Part shown: positions 34,264-46,800 of the stretch, piece by piece | How the letters are laid out: each line of letters starts with the position of its first letter | Position numbering within the stretch: the stretch's first letter is position 1 | NCBI GenBank assembly: GCA_965240325.2 | Contig: OZ251253.1 | Location: forward strand, 124,001 to 188,000 | Length of the DNA: 64,000 bases | Direction of reading: 5' to 3' | Source: Rebecca billardiae RCC1528 | Lineage: Eukaryota; Protista; Haptophyta | The notes under the pieces: model-generated | What the model was told of the DNA's origin: nothing | The model's database searches: none | What the model saw: only the letters and a program-made list of their open reading frames with translations | Position numbers and translations under genes: made by a program

Positions 34264-37200
34264 CCGCGCCGCCGTCCGCGCCGCCGTCCGCGCGCGCCGA
34301 GCCGTGCGAGCGTGCTCGGCGGTGGCACAGCGGCACGCCGCCGCCCGCGGCGGCGCGGAAGGACGCGGCTGCCGACGGGCCTGCGAGCGTGGGGCGGCGC
34401 GCGCCGGCCACCGCGCCGCCGCCGCCGCCGCCGCCGCCGCAGTCGTCGTCGTCGTCGTCGTCGTCGCTGCCGCTGCTGCCGCTGCCATCACTGCCGCCAT
34501 GCGGAGAGGGCGGGCAAGCGACCCGGATGCTCATGAGCGGCGCGCGCTCCGCGCGCGCGGGCGGTGGCTGGAGCGCGGAGCGCCAGCTGCGCAGCCCGAG
34601 CAGCGCCGCCGCGCCGCCGCCGTCGCCGTCGCCGCCATCGCCGTCGTCGCCGCCGCCGCCGCCGTCGCCATCACTCGAGCGGCGCTGCGGCGGGCGCGGC
34701 CACGCGCCGCCGCCGAGCGCGCGGCGGCGCGCGCGCTCGGCCGCGCCCACCGAGCGCACGCGCGTGGCGGCGGGCGGCGCCGCGTGCTCGGCCGCGTGCT
34801 CCGAGCTCGGCGTGCGCTCGAGCTCGCTCTCGGCGGCGTCGGCGGCGTTGGCCTCGCAGCGCTCGGCGGCGGCGCCGCCCGCCGCCGCCGCCGGCTGCGG
34901 CGCCGTCGGCGCGCGCGGCCGCAGCGGCGGCGGCCGGTGCGTTTGCGCGCGCGGGCGCGCGGCGGCGGCGGCGGCGGCGGCGGCGGCCTCCCGCTGGCTT
35001 CCGCCGTCGTCGCGCCCGGCGTCGGCCTCGGTGTCGCCCGCGCCGCCCGCCACGCCCTCGCGCGCGGCCGCGGGCCCGGCGGCGGCGGCGGCAGCGGCCG
35101 CGGCGGCGGCGGCGCGGCGCGCGCTCGGCGGCGGCGGCGGCGGCGGCGGCGCGCACAGGGGCTCAGAGGCGGCGCGGCGGTGGTGGCCGCGGTCGGCGGC
35201 GGCGGCGGTGGCCGCGGCGGCGCCGAGCGCGCCGCGCGCGCGGAGGAGCTGGAGCGCCGCCGCGCGCGCGAGCGCGCCCGTCCCGCCCGCGCCCGCGCCG
35301 CCGCGCGCGCCCGCGCGCAGCCGGCGGCGCAGCGCGTCCCGAGCGCGCGCCTCGGCGCGCCGGCTGCGGCGCGCGTGCCTTCGCAGCGCGCGCACAATCA
35401 TGCGCGCGCGGCGGCGGCGGTCGGCGCGCAGCGTGGCGCCGAGCGCGTGCACGAAGGCGAGCGCGGGCGGGTTGGAGTACTGGTGCCCCGTCAGCGCGAG
35501 CGCGACGAACGCCCTATACCCCGGGTCAAGCGGCGCGTGCCGCGGCGGCAGCAGCGGCACATCAAGGCGCGGCAACGCCAACACGGTCGCGGCCGCGACG
35601 AGCAGCGCGCGCGCGCCGACGACGAAGATGCCGACGACGGCGTTGGTGAAGATGAAGTTGAGGTCGTAGACGGAGTGGACGAAGCGCAGCCGGAACCAGC
35701 CGCCGCGCACGAACACCAGCCGGTCCATCGCGAGCTGGAACGCCAGCGGCAGCGCGCACGCCGTGAGCGCGCGCCACCCCAGCGCCACCCCGCCGCGCTC
35801 GGCCGCGCGCCAGAGCCCCGGGCCGAGCACGCCGACCGCGGGGTGGGAGAGGGCGAGGGCGCCCGCGGGGAGCGCGGCGGCGACGGCGAGCGCGGCGAGC
35901 GCGAGCCAGCCCACGACGGTGTGCACCGCCTGGAACCCCACGTACCGCCCCACGTCCGACACGTCGAAGCAGTTTCGGTCGAACGGCGGACGGCCGACGC
36001 GGAGCGCGCGCACAGCGCGCGCGTACGCGCGCGCCGACAGCACCCAGCCGGCGGCGGAGACGGCGGCGATGGCGAGGGCGGTGCCGCCGACGGTGCGGCG
36101 GAGGAGCGTGCGCACGGCGCCGGCGGTGCGCGGGCGCATCGCGTTGAGCAGCTGCCCCGCGCCCAGCGCCCACGGCTGCCACGCGCGCGCCACGCCGAAC
36201 GCCCAGTTGGTCACGAGCACGCCGCCGCCGCCATGGCCGCCGCCGGCAGCATGGCCGCCGCCGGCAGCATGGCCGCCGCCGCCGGTGCCGCCGCCGGTGC
36301 CGCTCGGCTGCGGGAGCAGCGCGGCGAGGCTGGCCTCGACGGCGGCCGCCTCGGCCATCGCCTCGGCGAGCGCCGCGTCGAGCCACGCCGCGCCCACGCA
36401 CACCGACGCGGTGAGCAACGCCACCACCCACGCGCTCAGCACCGCCGCCATCAGCAGCCGCTGCGGCAGGAACACGCGCCCGCCCGAGGGAGATACAATC
36501 TCCCTCGGCCCGCCGCGCGGCGGCGAGGGCGGCGCGCGGTGCGCGGGCGCGGCCGCGGCCGCGGAGCGGGCGGCGCGCGCGCGCGGGCCCTCCACGCCGC
36601 GCGCGCCGCCGCTGCACCGGCGCACGCACCGCCGAGCCCATCGCCCAATCCACCGCAGCGCGCGCCGCGCCGGGCCGCCGATGCGCCTCAGGCTGACGCC
36701 GCCGCCACCACCGCCGCCGCCGCCGCTGCGCCCGACGGCGACGAGCAGCGTGTGCGTGGCGGGCGTGCGCGGCGCGGGGACGCCACCGCCGCCACCGCCG
36801 CCGCCGCCGCTGTCCTCGTCCTCAAGAATCACAGCACTCAGCTCGATAGCACCGCCGCCGCCGTTGTTGCCGCCGCCGCCGCCATTGCTGCCGCCGCCGC
36901 CGCCGCCGCCGCCGCGCGGCGGCGAGGGCGCGCGCGCGCGCGGCGGCGGCGGCGGCGGGCGCGCGAGCGGCGACCAGCCTGCTGCCTTCACGAGCGCGCG
37001 CACGTGCGCGTGTGCCTCCGCAAGCTGCCGCTCTTCGTGCGAGACGCAGGCCGCGTCGACGGCGGCGGCGGCGCGCGCCGCAGCCACGCCGAGCGTGCGG
37101 CGCGCCGCGCGCGCGCGCGCGCGCGAGCGCGCCGCCGCCGCCGCCGCCGCCGCCGGGCGGCTCGCTGCGGACGGGCGCGTCGGCGTCGGCGTCGGCGTGG

Positions 37201-37536
37201 GCGCGCGCGGCGCGCGCGTCTGCCCGCCAGCGCAGCGCCGGCCGCGCCGCCACGCCCAGCGCCAGCGTCGCGAGCCACGCCCACGCCGCCCACACGCACG
37301 CGCGCACGGCGCGCGCGCCCGCGCCGAGCGCGCCCGGCGCGGTCGCCGTTACATCCTCTGCCGAGAACGCGCGAAGCTCGGGCTCTGGGCCGGCGGCGGG
37401 CGCGGTCATGGCGGCGGTCCACGCGGCCCAGCCGCACAGCGTCGCGGCCGCGCTGAGCGCGAGCAGCGCGCGCGCGAGCGCCGCGCCGCTGCGCGCGCGC
37501 AGCAGCCGCAGCGCGCTGCGCGCCGCAAGCCACCGC

Positions 37537-37568
<32 letters not shown>

Positions 37569-38458
37569 ACCAGCCCAGCGCTCGCGCGCGCCGCCGCCGC
37601 GCGCGGCCGCGTCGGCGCGCGCCTCCGCCGCGTCGCGCGCGGCGCGCAGCCCCCAGGCGCGGTTCGCGACCAGCAGCGGCACCGCGCTCAGCGTGAGCAG
37701 CAGGTACGAGCGATGGCTGACGAAGATCAGCATGGTCGCGTGCCGCAGGTCTGGCGACTGCGCAGACGCGATGTGGAGGGGCGCGCCCGACGCGGCCGAG
37801 GTCACGCCCGCCGCGCTCGCGCGGAGGCGGTGCACCCCTGAGGTAGCGCCGTCGAGCAAGCGCACCGCGTCGAAGGCAGCAACGCCCTCCGCGTCCGTGA
37901 GCGCGCACGCGCCGCCGGCACCACCGCCGCCGCCGGCGGTGTCGGCGCGCGGCGGCGCGCACGGCGCGCCGCGCGCCGCACCCGCGAGCGCCGCCGGGCG
38001 CACCGCCGCGCCCCAACCGGCGGCGGCGGCGGCGGGCTCGAGGCTAAGGCGCACGGCGACGCCGGGTACGGGCGCGCCGTCGGCGTCGAGCACGCGCAGC
38101 GCGGGCGGCGTGCGTAGCGCGCCGCCCGTTGCGAGGTACGTCGGACGCGCGTCCGCGCCCGCGCCCGCGGCGCCGCCGCCCGCCGCCGCATCCGCCGCTC
38201 CGACTGTGCTGTTGGCGCCGCCGCCGCTGCTGCTGTTGTCCGCCGCGGCGGGGCGCGCGCGCACCCAGCTCGCGTCGGCCGCGCCGCCGCCGCCCGTGTT
38301 GAACAGGAAGTTGAGCGAAGCGAACGGCCACGGCTGGAACACGCGCGGCTGCGGCTGCGACCGCGGCTGCGGCTGCGACGGCCGGGGCTGCGACGGCCAC
38401 GCGGCGCGCGGCCGCGCGGACGCGGCGCGCTGGCTGCGTGCGCCGCCGCCGCCGTCGT

Positions 38459-38490
<32 letters not shown>

Positions 38491-38500
38491 CCGCCGTCGC

Positions 38501-38541
<41 letters not shown>

Positions 38542-39693
38542 ACCGGCGTCGCGGCGGGCAGCACGTCGAAGCGCACCTGCGCCACTCTCTGGCGCACCAC
38601 GACCTCCGCCACCGCCAGCGGCGTCAGGCCGGACAGCAGCGCCAGCGGATCTGTCAGCCCGCTCAGAACCTGAGCAAGCGCGGCGGCGCCCGCCGCGCCG
38701 GCGGACGCGAGCTGCGAGCGCGCGGCGGCGTTGGCGGCGTCAAGGGCGGCGTCGGCGACGGCGGCACCGTGGCCGCTGGCGGTGGCCGCCGCCGAGTCGA
38801 GGGCGACGGACGGCGCCGCGGCGGCGCACTCCAGCCCGCGCGCCACCTCTGCCGGAAGGCCGGCGGGCAGAGCGGTGGGCAGGGCGGCGGAAGGCGGGGC
38901 GGCCGCGCCCGCCGCCGGGCCGGCGCCCGCGCCGCCGCCGCCGCCGCCGCCGCCGCCGAGCGCGCCCGCGCCGCCGCTGAGCTGGCGACGGCGGCGTGTG
39001 CGCGCGCCGCCGCCGTGCCCACCGCCCGCAGCACCGCCGGCGCCGCCGCTCTCCGCCGCCTCCTCCGCCGCTCCCCCGCCGCCGCCACCGCCGCCGCCGC
39101 CGTCCGCGTCCGCGTCCGCGTCGGCCGCCGCCGGCTGCGGAGGGCAGCGCGCCACGTCGCGCGCCGCGCGGCGCGCCTCGAGCTCGACGGCGGCGGCGAG
39201 CCCCGCCGCGAGCTCCTCCTGCGCCGCCGCGAGCGCCGCCTCGCCCACCGCGTCCACCGCGCCCTCCCCCCAGACCGCACCCGCCCTTCTCGCGCGCGCG
39301 GCCGCGGCCGCCGCCTGCGCCCACAGTTCAGACTCTGCGCCGGCGCGCAGCGCGCCGAATGCGTCGAAGAGGATCGGGGCGGTGGCGACGACGAGGCGCG
39401 CGCGCACGCCGGGGGCGCTGCTGCCCTCGGGCCCCGCGCCGGCGGGCTCGGCACCACCGCCGCCCCCACCACCGCCGCCGCCGGAGCCCCCCGCCGCCGC
39501 GCGCTCGCGCGGCGCCGCCGTCAGCAGTAGGCTGTCGAAGCGCGCGATGCCGGCGGCGTCGGTGACGGCCGCGCGGCCGAGCGCGCGCAGCCGCAGCCGC
39601 GACGCGCCGCCGCCGCCGGCGTCCGCGGAGGCGGCGGCGCTCGCGAGGTCCCGCGCGCCCGCGGCCGCGTCGGAGAGCACGCCCAGCCCGCCG

Positions 39694-39739
<46 letters not shown>

Positions 39740-39941
39740 CCAGCCAGGCGCGTGCTTGCTCTGTCCCGGCTGCGAGCGCGCCGCCGGCTGCTTCGAGCGG
39801 CGCGGCTTCGAGCGCGTAGGCGACGGCGAGCACGCCGGCCACCGGCGTGCCGGAGGCGGTGAGCGTGACGCGCACGCTCGCGTTGAAGGCGTGCGGGCTG
39901 CGCGCCGTGCCGTCGGCACCACAGCCCACGAGACTGCTGCT

Positions 39942-40037
<96 letters not shown>

Positions 40038-41756
40038 GTCGGCAGCCATGCTGAGCAGCGCGCACTCGCCCGGGTCGTGCGCCGTGAGCTCGGCCGGCGG
40101 CGGCCGCACGAAGCGCACGCGCTGCGGCATCCACCCCGCGCCGGCGCCGCCGCCATCGCCCGGCGGGGGCGCGAGCCATGGCGGCAGCCGCGCGCCTCCG
40201 TCGCGCAGCGCGCCGAGCAACGCCCGCAGGAGCGGGTCGCCCGCGGCGGCGTCGTCGGCGGCGTCGTCGGCGGGCGGCGGCGGCGGGGCGGCGGGGCCGG
40301 GCTCGGAGGGCGCGGCGGCGCCTTCGCCGCCGCGGGGCGCGGGCGCGAGGGCGACGTGTATCCGAACGTGCGCGCGCGGCGCGTGCGCGGCGGCCGGCGC
40401 GGCCGGCGCGGCCGGCGCGGCCGGCGGCGGCGGCGGCGCGGCGAGGCGGCGCGCGGGGCGGTGCGCGGCGGGCCCGGGCGTGGCGGAGGCCGCCGCCGCG
40501 CGCGCGTCCGCGCCACCGCCGTCCGCCGACGGCCCACGCCCGCCGTCCCCGCCGCCGCCAGCCCACCGCGCCGCCGGCGGCGACCGCGAGGCAGAGCCGT
40601 CGCCGCCGCCGCCGCCGTCCGCCGCAACCGTCGCGCTGAGCTCGACGACGACGCCGCAGCCGTGCGCGACGGGCGCGCGGTGCGCGAGGCCGAGGAGCAG
40701 CGGCTCGAACCGCGCGACGCCCGCGTGGTCGATCGCCGCCTCCACCCAGCCCTCCGCCGCCGCCACCGCCACAGCCGCGCCGCCGAGCGCGCCGGCGGCC
40801 GCCGCCGCCGCCGCAGCCGCCGCAGCCGCCGCCGCCGCCGCCTCGGCGCCGGCGGCGCGCGGCACGAGCGCGACGGCGGGCGGCGGCGTGCCGTCGCCCG
40901 GGCACGACGGCTCCGCCCACGCCACCGCCGCCTCGCCCCGCGCCACCTCCAGCCGCACGCGTGCCGCCGCCGCCGCCGCAACCGAGCCCGCCGCCGCCGC
41001 GCCGCCCGCGGCCGCGCGGCCCGTCGCCGCCTGCGCGCCAAACGCGAGCGGCGGCAGCCGTAGCGCCGTGGCGGGCGCGCCGGGCTCGGCGGCGGCGGCC
41101 GCGTCGAGCTCGCGCACGGGGAGCGGCCACGCCTCGCAGTCCGCGCCCACCGGCGCGAAAACGCTTCCCCACACCCGCTCGAGGGCGAGGGCGGACCACG
41201 CGGCGGCGGGCGGCGCGCGGCGGCGCGCGCCGAGCGCGCCGCCGTCGCCGCCCTCGGCGGCCGCGTCGGCGCGGCGCGCGGCGGCGGCGGCGGCGAGCGC
41301 GGCGTACTCGGCGTGCGCACCCGGCCGCGCGGCCATCAGCGCGGCCATCAGCGGCTCGGCGCACAGCGGGCGCAGCCGCGCGACGCGCTCGGCGCCGCGC
41401 GCCGGCAGCAGCGCCGACGGCGGCAGGAAGAAAGTCCGGGAGAAGACGGCGCCGCTGGCGAGGGCGAAGGCGAAGCCGAAGGCGGCGGCCGTGAGCGTGC
41501 GCGAGCCCACGCGCTCGCCCAGCAGGTCGATCAGCGGCTCGGCGCGCGCCACCGCGAACCAGGCCTTCTGCCACCAGCGGCGGCGGCCGCAGCCGTTGCA
41601 GCAGAGAAGCGCGCCGCACGCGCCGCTGCCGACGAAGGCGACGACGGCGGCGAGGACGAGGAGGCCGAGCACGTCGAGGCGGAGCAGCGACAGGTAGTCG
41701 CGGCCCGACGCGGCCACCGCCTGCGCGCGCGCGAGCACGGCCTCGTGCTGGCTCAT
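33287..41756 (-). CDS. STRA6/RBP-receptor-like multipass membrane protein with inserted Ig-like repeats; frameshift at the (CG)10 run 37106-37125
   Basis: N-terminal EPLIDLLGERVGSRTLTAAAFG, FLPQRLLMA, YVGFQAVHTVVGW, FIFTNAVVGIFVVGARALL, LPRLDVPLLP, LDPGYRAFVALALTGHQYSNPPALAFVHAL and C-terminal RVRNRLWLWLVLERTPALRAHR all match STRA6-family motifs in the expected order. They are spread over two ORFs that join by a 2-nt slip. Confidence 0.72.
39943..40036. repeat. (CCG)n/(GGC)n trinucleotide run of ~30 units encoding poly-Gly
   Basis: Visible run inside the STRA6-like CDS; many shorter runs occur elsewhere. Confidence 0.9.
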
Positions 41757-41979
41757 GCCGCCCGCGGCGGACGGACGCGCGCGATGCGCGCAGCTCAGCT
41801 GAGTGGCGCCCTCCGCGCGAGCCGCCCCACAAAGGCCGGCGGATCTCGTCAAGACGTCAAACTACCGAACAAACGCCAAGCCGCTCGCCGATTGGAGGGC
41901 GGGCGAGCGGCATAGGGATGCGCGGCACGTCGTGCATAGTATGCGGGTAAGGGCGTTTGACTTGACCACCTCGCGAAAG

Positions 41980-42954
41980 ATGGCGTCCCCGTCCGCCCCA
42001 ACGGCCGCCGCCGCGCGTACCGAGGCGGGCAGCGTCCGCTCGATCGACCCGGTGGCGAGCGACCGGCCAGCGCAGACACCCCGTGCGCTCGGCTCGCGCC
42101 CTCCCGCGCCCTCCGCCCAGCCGGCGGCCGGCGGCGCGCGCGCGGCGGCAGCGGCCGCACTAGCTGACGCGGCGGCGGACGCGGCGCGGGCGCACGCGGA
42201 GGAGGCGGAGGCGGAGGAGGTGGACTGGGCGGAGCTGGTCACGCTCACGCTGGACGACGTGCGCGCGATGAAGCAGCGCGCCGGCGGCGCTGACGTCGCG
42301 CCCGCGCCGAGAGCGGCGCCGCGCGCGCGGCTGCGCGCCACCGCCTCCACCGCCGCCGTCCACGGCAGCCGCGCCCATCAGCCGGAGGCGCGCGCGCGCA
42401 GCGCGGGCGGCGCGCCGCGCGCACGGCGCGCCGCGCCCGCCGACTCGACCACCGCGCTCGCCGGACGCAGCCGCGCCGACGCGCACGCCGCCTCCTCGCC
42501 GCCGCCCCCGCGCAAGCGGTACACAGCCGCCGCGGCCGAGGCGGCGCGAGAGAGGCGCGCACACATCGACCGGCTCGCGCGGATCGCCGCCGCGCCCGCG
42601 CGCGTGCGGGCGGTGGACCAGGCGGCGCCCGCGGCGCGGCCGCACCTGCAGGGCGAGGCGCACGAGAAGGCGCGCGCCAGTGCGCGCGCGGCCGCGCGCC
42701 GGGCCCACGGCCGCGCCGACGACGCGCAGCGCGCGCGCATCGCGGACGCGGCGCGCTCGCGCGCCGCGCGCGCGCAGTCGGCGCAGCGGCTGCAGCTGGG
42801 CCGCGCAGCGCTCGGCGGTCGGCGGCGCGCGGCGTCGCGCGAGCAGCGGCGCATCGAGGAGGACAACCGCCGGCTCGCGCGCGCGGTGCTCGGCGCGCAG
42901 CCCCGGCTGGCGAGCGGCGCCGACCTCGACGCCATCCGCGCCGTGTTCGTCTGA
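41980..42954 (+). CDS. Hypothetical protein with C-terminal CFAP97/Hemingway-like motif
   Basis: ATG at 41980, divergent from the STRA6-like gene. The C-terminal REQRRIEEDNRRLARAVLGAQPRL resembles the EQxRIExENxxL motif of the CFAP97 family. Confidence 0.5.
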   Translation: MASPSAPTAAAARTEAGSVRSIDPVASDRPAQTPRALGSRPPAPSAQPAAGGARAAAAAALADAAADAARAHAEEAEAEEVDWAELVTLTLDDVRAMKQRAGGADVAPAPRAAPRARLRATASTAAVHGSRAHQPEARARSAGGAPRARRAAPADSTTALAGRSRADAHAASSPPPPRKRYTAAAAEAARERRAHIDRLARIAAAPARVRAVDQAAPAARPHLQGEAHEKARASARAAARRAHGRADDAQRARIADAARSRAARAQSAQRLQLGRAALGGRRRAASREQRRIEEDNRRLARAVLGAQPRLASGADLDAIRAVFV

Positions 42955-43829
42955 CGTGAACCACAGACTTACTACATCGACTACAGTACCCCCATACACT
43001 GTACTACTCGCTACGACTATTTATAACTATATCGTCGTCAGTATTGCTCAGTATGATGCGAGCAGGGAGTAGATATTGCAATCTGCTCCCTGCTGCTGCG
43101 GGCGCGACTGCCCGGCGCGCCGGGGGGCGCCCGCTGGCGTGCCGCACTCATAGCGCCTAGCGGCCGCCGAGCGGACGCCAGCTCGGACCTGCGGGACCTG
43201 CCCGGTGTGACGGCGGTGTCCGCGCGGTCGACCCCGGCGTGCGCGCTCGGGCAGCGCAGCCGTGAGCCGAATCAGAGTCTGGAGTGCAATAACGGTCGTA
43301 GTAGTATATATATATAGTCAGCACCGGTTACGGCAGCGGCCGGGACACCGGTACGGTCGCCCGGGTAGGCAGGCGCGGGCCCGGCGTCACGGCGCCGGGG
43401 CCGGCGGCGGGTCACCCCGGGCTGCGCCCCCGGCGTGCCTAGTAGTGGCGGCCGCCGCGGCGCCTGCGGCCTGCCGCCGGCCGAGGTCCGGTCAGCACGG
43501 GATGACAGGCAGCCCGCTGTCAGGCGCGGAGGTCGCGCGGAGTTTCAAGGCCGAAGGCGCCGCGCGCGTAATGCGACGAGCCGACCGTGACAGGCAGACG
43601 GGCGAGCACTTCATCATACTCATCGCGTGCTACGCGGCGACTCTGAACCGTAGGCGTACGACCGTACTACTCACTCTGAACGTGGTGGCGGCGTTGATCC
43701 GTGCAGCCAGCGCAGTTCGGACTTCACGCCGAGTGCGCCGCTGAGCGCGCGCATGCGGGCATGATGCATATATGATGCCATCGGTGCCGATGGCGCGCAC
43801 GCACCGCCTCGACGGGCGGCGGCGCTCGC

Positions 43830-46800
43830 TCACGCATCCGCGGCGGGCGGCGACGGGCGCGTCGGCGCGACGGCCACAAACTCCGTCTCCGCCAAGTGCA
43901 GCAGCGGCCGGCTGAGCCGCTCGTGCACGTGGCTCAGCTGGATGAGCTGGCGGCGTGCACGCACGGCGCGGCGGCGGCGCGCAGGGCGCGGGGCGGGCGC
44001 GCGGGTGTGGGCGGCGCCGGCGCGGCGCTGCTGTCAGCGCGCCGCCGCGATCGCGCGCGCGCAGCCCGCGACGCGCACCGCGCGCTGCGATGCGCGCCGG
44101 CGCGGCATCCTCGCCCACCGCGCGCGCGCGCGCGCGCGGCGCGCGAGGACGACGGCCGAGTCCTACCCATTCTCGTAAGTACACATACGAGAATGGGTAG
44201 GCGCGCGAGGACGACGCCGCTCGGAGCCGTCGGCGCGCGGCGCTCGCGCGGCACTCGCGCGCACCTTGTCCCTGAGCGCGCACGCCGACTGGGCCGCGTA
44301 CGGCTGCGCGTCGGCGTCGACCAACCGCTCGACGGCCGGCAGCGCGACGCTGAGCGTGGCGGTGCGGTGCGCGAGCAGCTGCTCGGCAAAGTCCTGCAGC
44401 TCCGCCCAGAGTCCGGGCATCGCCTCAGACAGCGTCGGACCGTGCGCGCGCTCGTGCGCGACCGCCGCGTGCGCGCGCGCCAGGAATGCCGCCGTGCGCG
44501 CGCGCATCGCCTCCGCCCACTCGCAGAGCTCGCGCGCGTGGCACACCGTCGCCTCGCGGCCGCGCACGGCCGCGCGGTCGGCGCGGAGCCGCCCCTCCTC
44601 TTGCATTGAGCGTCCGAGTGCGCCGCGCTGCCGCGCGCGCCTGCCGCTGCCGCGCGCGCCGCCCGCCGCGTCGAGCATGGCGGGCAGCACCCTCGCCGGC
44701 GGCCCGCGCAGCGCCTCCGCGTCGTCGAGCGCCGTGCGGCCGAACGCGTCCTCCGCGCGCACATTGATCCCGGGCTGTCGGAGCAGGAAGTGCACGGCGC
44801 CCTGCGCGGCGGACGACGCGGCCACGTGCAGCGGCGTGCGGCCGAGCGCGTCCGCGGCGTTCACGTCGCAGCGGCAGCGCAGCAGCCGCGCCAGCGCCGG
44901 CGTGTCGTCGGCGCGCGCGGCGGTGTTCAGCGCGCGCGCGCCCTCAAAGCTCGGCCCGAGCGCCGCGCCGCGCGCGAGCAGCGGGCCGAAGCACGCCTCG
45001 TGCCCCGCGAGCAGCGCGTCCTGCAGCGGTGTGGCGCCGCTGGCATCTGTCGCGTCCACGCGCGCGCCGAGCAGCAGCAGCGCTTCGATGTTGCCCGCGA
45101 GGCCGTCGGCGGCCGTGACATGCAGCGCGGTGCGCCCGGCCGCGTCGGTCACGTTCGCGTCGACGCGGCACGGCCCGAGCGCGGCGAGGTCCGGCCCGGC
45201 GGCCGGGTCGCGCGCGAGCGCGAACAGCACGCGCTGCCACGCCGCGCGCGAGCCGCAGGTGCCGCCGTGCTCCGCGAGGAGGACTGCCGCGCGCGCGTGC
45301 TTGGAGCGGAGCGCGTCGAGCAGCGGCGTGCTCCCGCGCTCGTCGTGCGCGTCCACCGCCGCCCTGTGCGCGAGCAGCAGCGCGATCGCGCGCGCGTGCC
45401 CGCCGCACGCCGCGAGGTGCAGCGCGCGCCGCCCCTGGAAGTCGGCGCCGTCCACATCCGCGTGCTTGGACGTGAGCACGCGCTGTAGCTTCTCCACGTC
45501 GCCCGCCGCGCTCGCGAGGCAGAGGCGCATGTGCTGCAGCTCGGACTGGCGCTTGCGCGCGGACGCGACCACCTGCCGTGCGCGCGCGGCCGGGCGGCGC
45601 GCCGGCCGGGCGGCCGTGCGCGGCGCGCGGCGGCGTGTGAGCGCGGCGGCGGCGGAGGGCGCGCGGCGCGCGGCGCGTGCCGATGCGCGCGGCGGCGGGC
45701 GCGCGGCGCGCGGCGGCGCGCGCACCGCCTGCAGCGCCTCGCTCTCGCCCGCGCCCTCCTCGCCCGCGCGCGCGTCCGCGGACGCGACCGACACCGCGTC
45801 GTCGTCGAGCGCGCCGCCGCCCGCGTCCGCGGCCGAGCCGGCGGACACCGAGCTGCGCCGCGACGTGGAGAGTCCGGATGCGGAGAGTCCGGACGAGCGC
45901 GCGGTGGCGGCGCCGTCGGCGCCGTCGCCGTCGAGCGCGCCCATCGCGTTCTCCATCACGACGTCCGCCTGCCCCGGGAATGTCTCGGCGAGCTCGTGGT
46001 ACGCCTCGGCGGAGAGCGCGAGCACGCGCGTCTCCTCGCCCGCCACCGCGCGCGCCGAGTGCGTGTGCCGCGTGCCAAACACGAACGCCAGCTCGCCGAG
46101 CGGCTCGCCGCGGCCGCGCACGTCCAGCACAGCGGGCTGCTCCGCCGCGCCGCCGCGCTCGTCGCCCTCGCGGTAGAGCTGCACCGCGCCGTCCGAGACG
46201 AAGTAGAGCGTGCGGCACGCCTCGCCGCTGCGGAAGAGCACGCTGTCCGCGTCGAGCGCGCGCGAGCGCAGCGTCGCGGCGAGGCGCGAGAGGAAGCCGT
46301 GCGAGGTGCCGGCGAGCAGCGGCGCGTACTCAAGCATCGGTCGCGTCGTGTGTCGCGCGACTTCGATCTGCAGCGCAAGCGGAAGCCCCGCGTAGATCTC
46401 GCCGTCGTGCACGTCCGAGAGCGACTCCGCCTGGAGCGTGCGCACGAAGAAGGCGCTCATCTTGCGCTTGAGCGCCGGCGGCACGCGCGCGTGCTTGATG
46501 AACGACTGCACCACCTCGAGCTGCGCGCGCTTCGCGACAATGTCATCGTCCTGCCGCATCACCAGCCCCGAGATGTGGCCGACCACGCTCGCGAACACCG
46601 TCATGTTCACCACGCACAGCGTGAGCACGAAGCCCAGCTCGAGCGGGTTGGTCGGCAGCCCCGGCAGCCCGAGCGTCGAGATCACCGAGAGCACGAGCCA
46701 CAGGTCGATCAGGTACAGATCCGCGAGCTGGACGAGCGGGTCCGCCGAGATATCAATCTCGGCGCCCACCTCCTGGCGCATCTGCTCATGGTCCTCCTTG

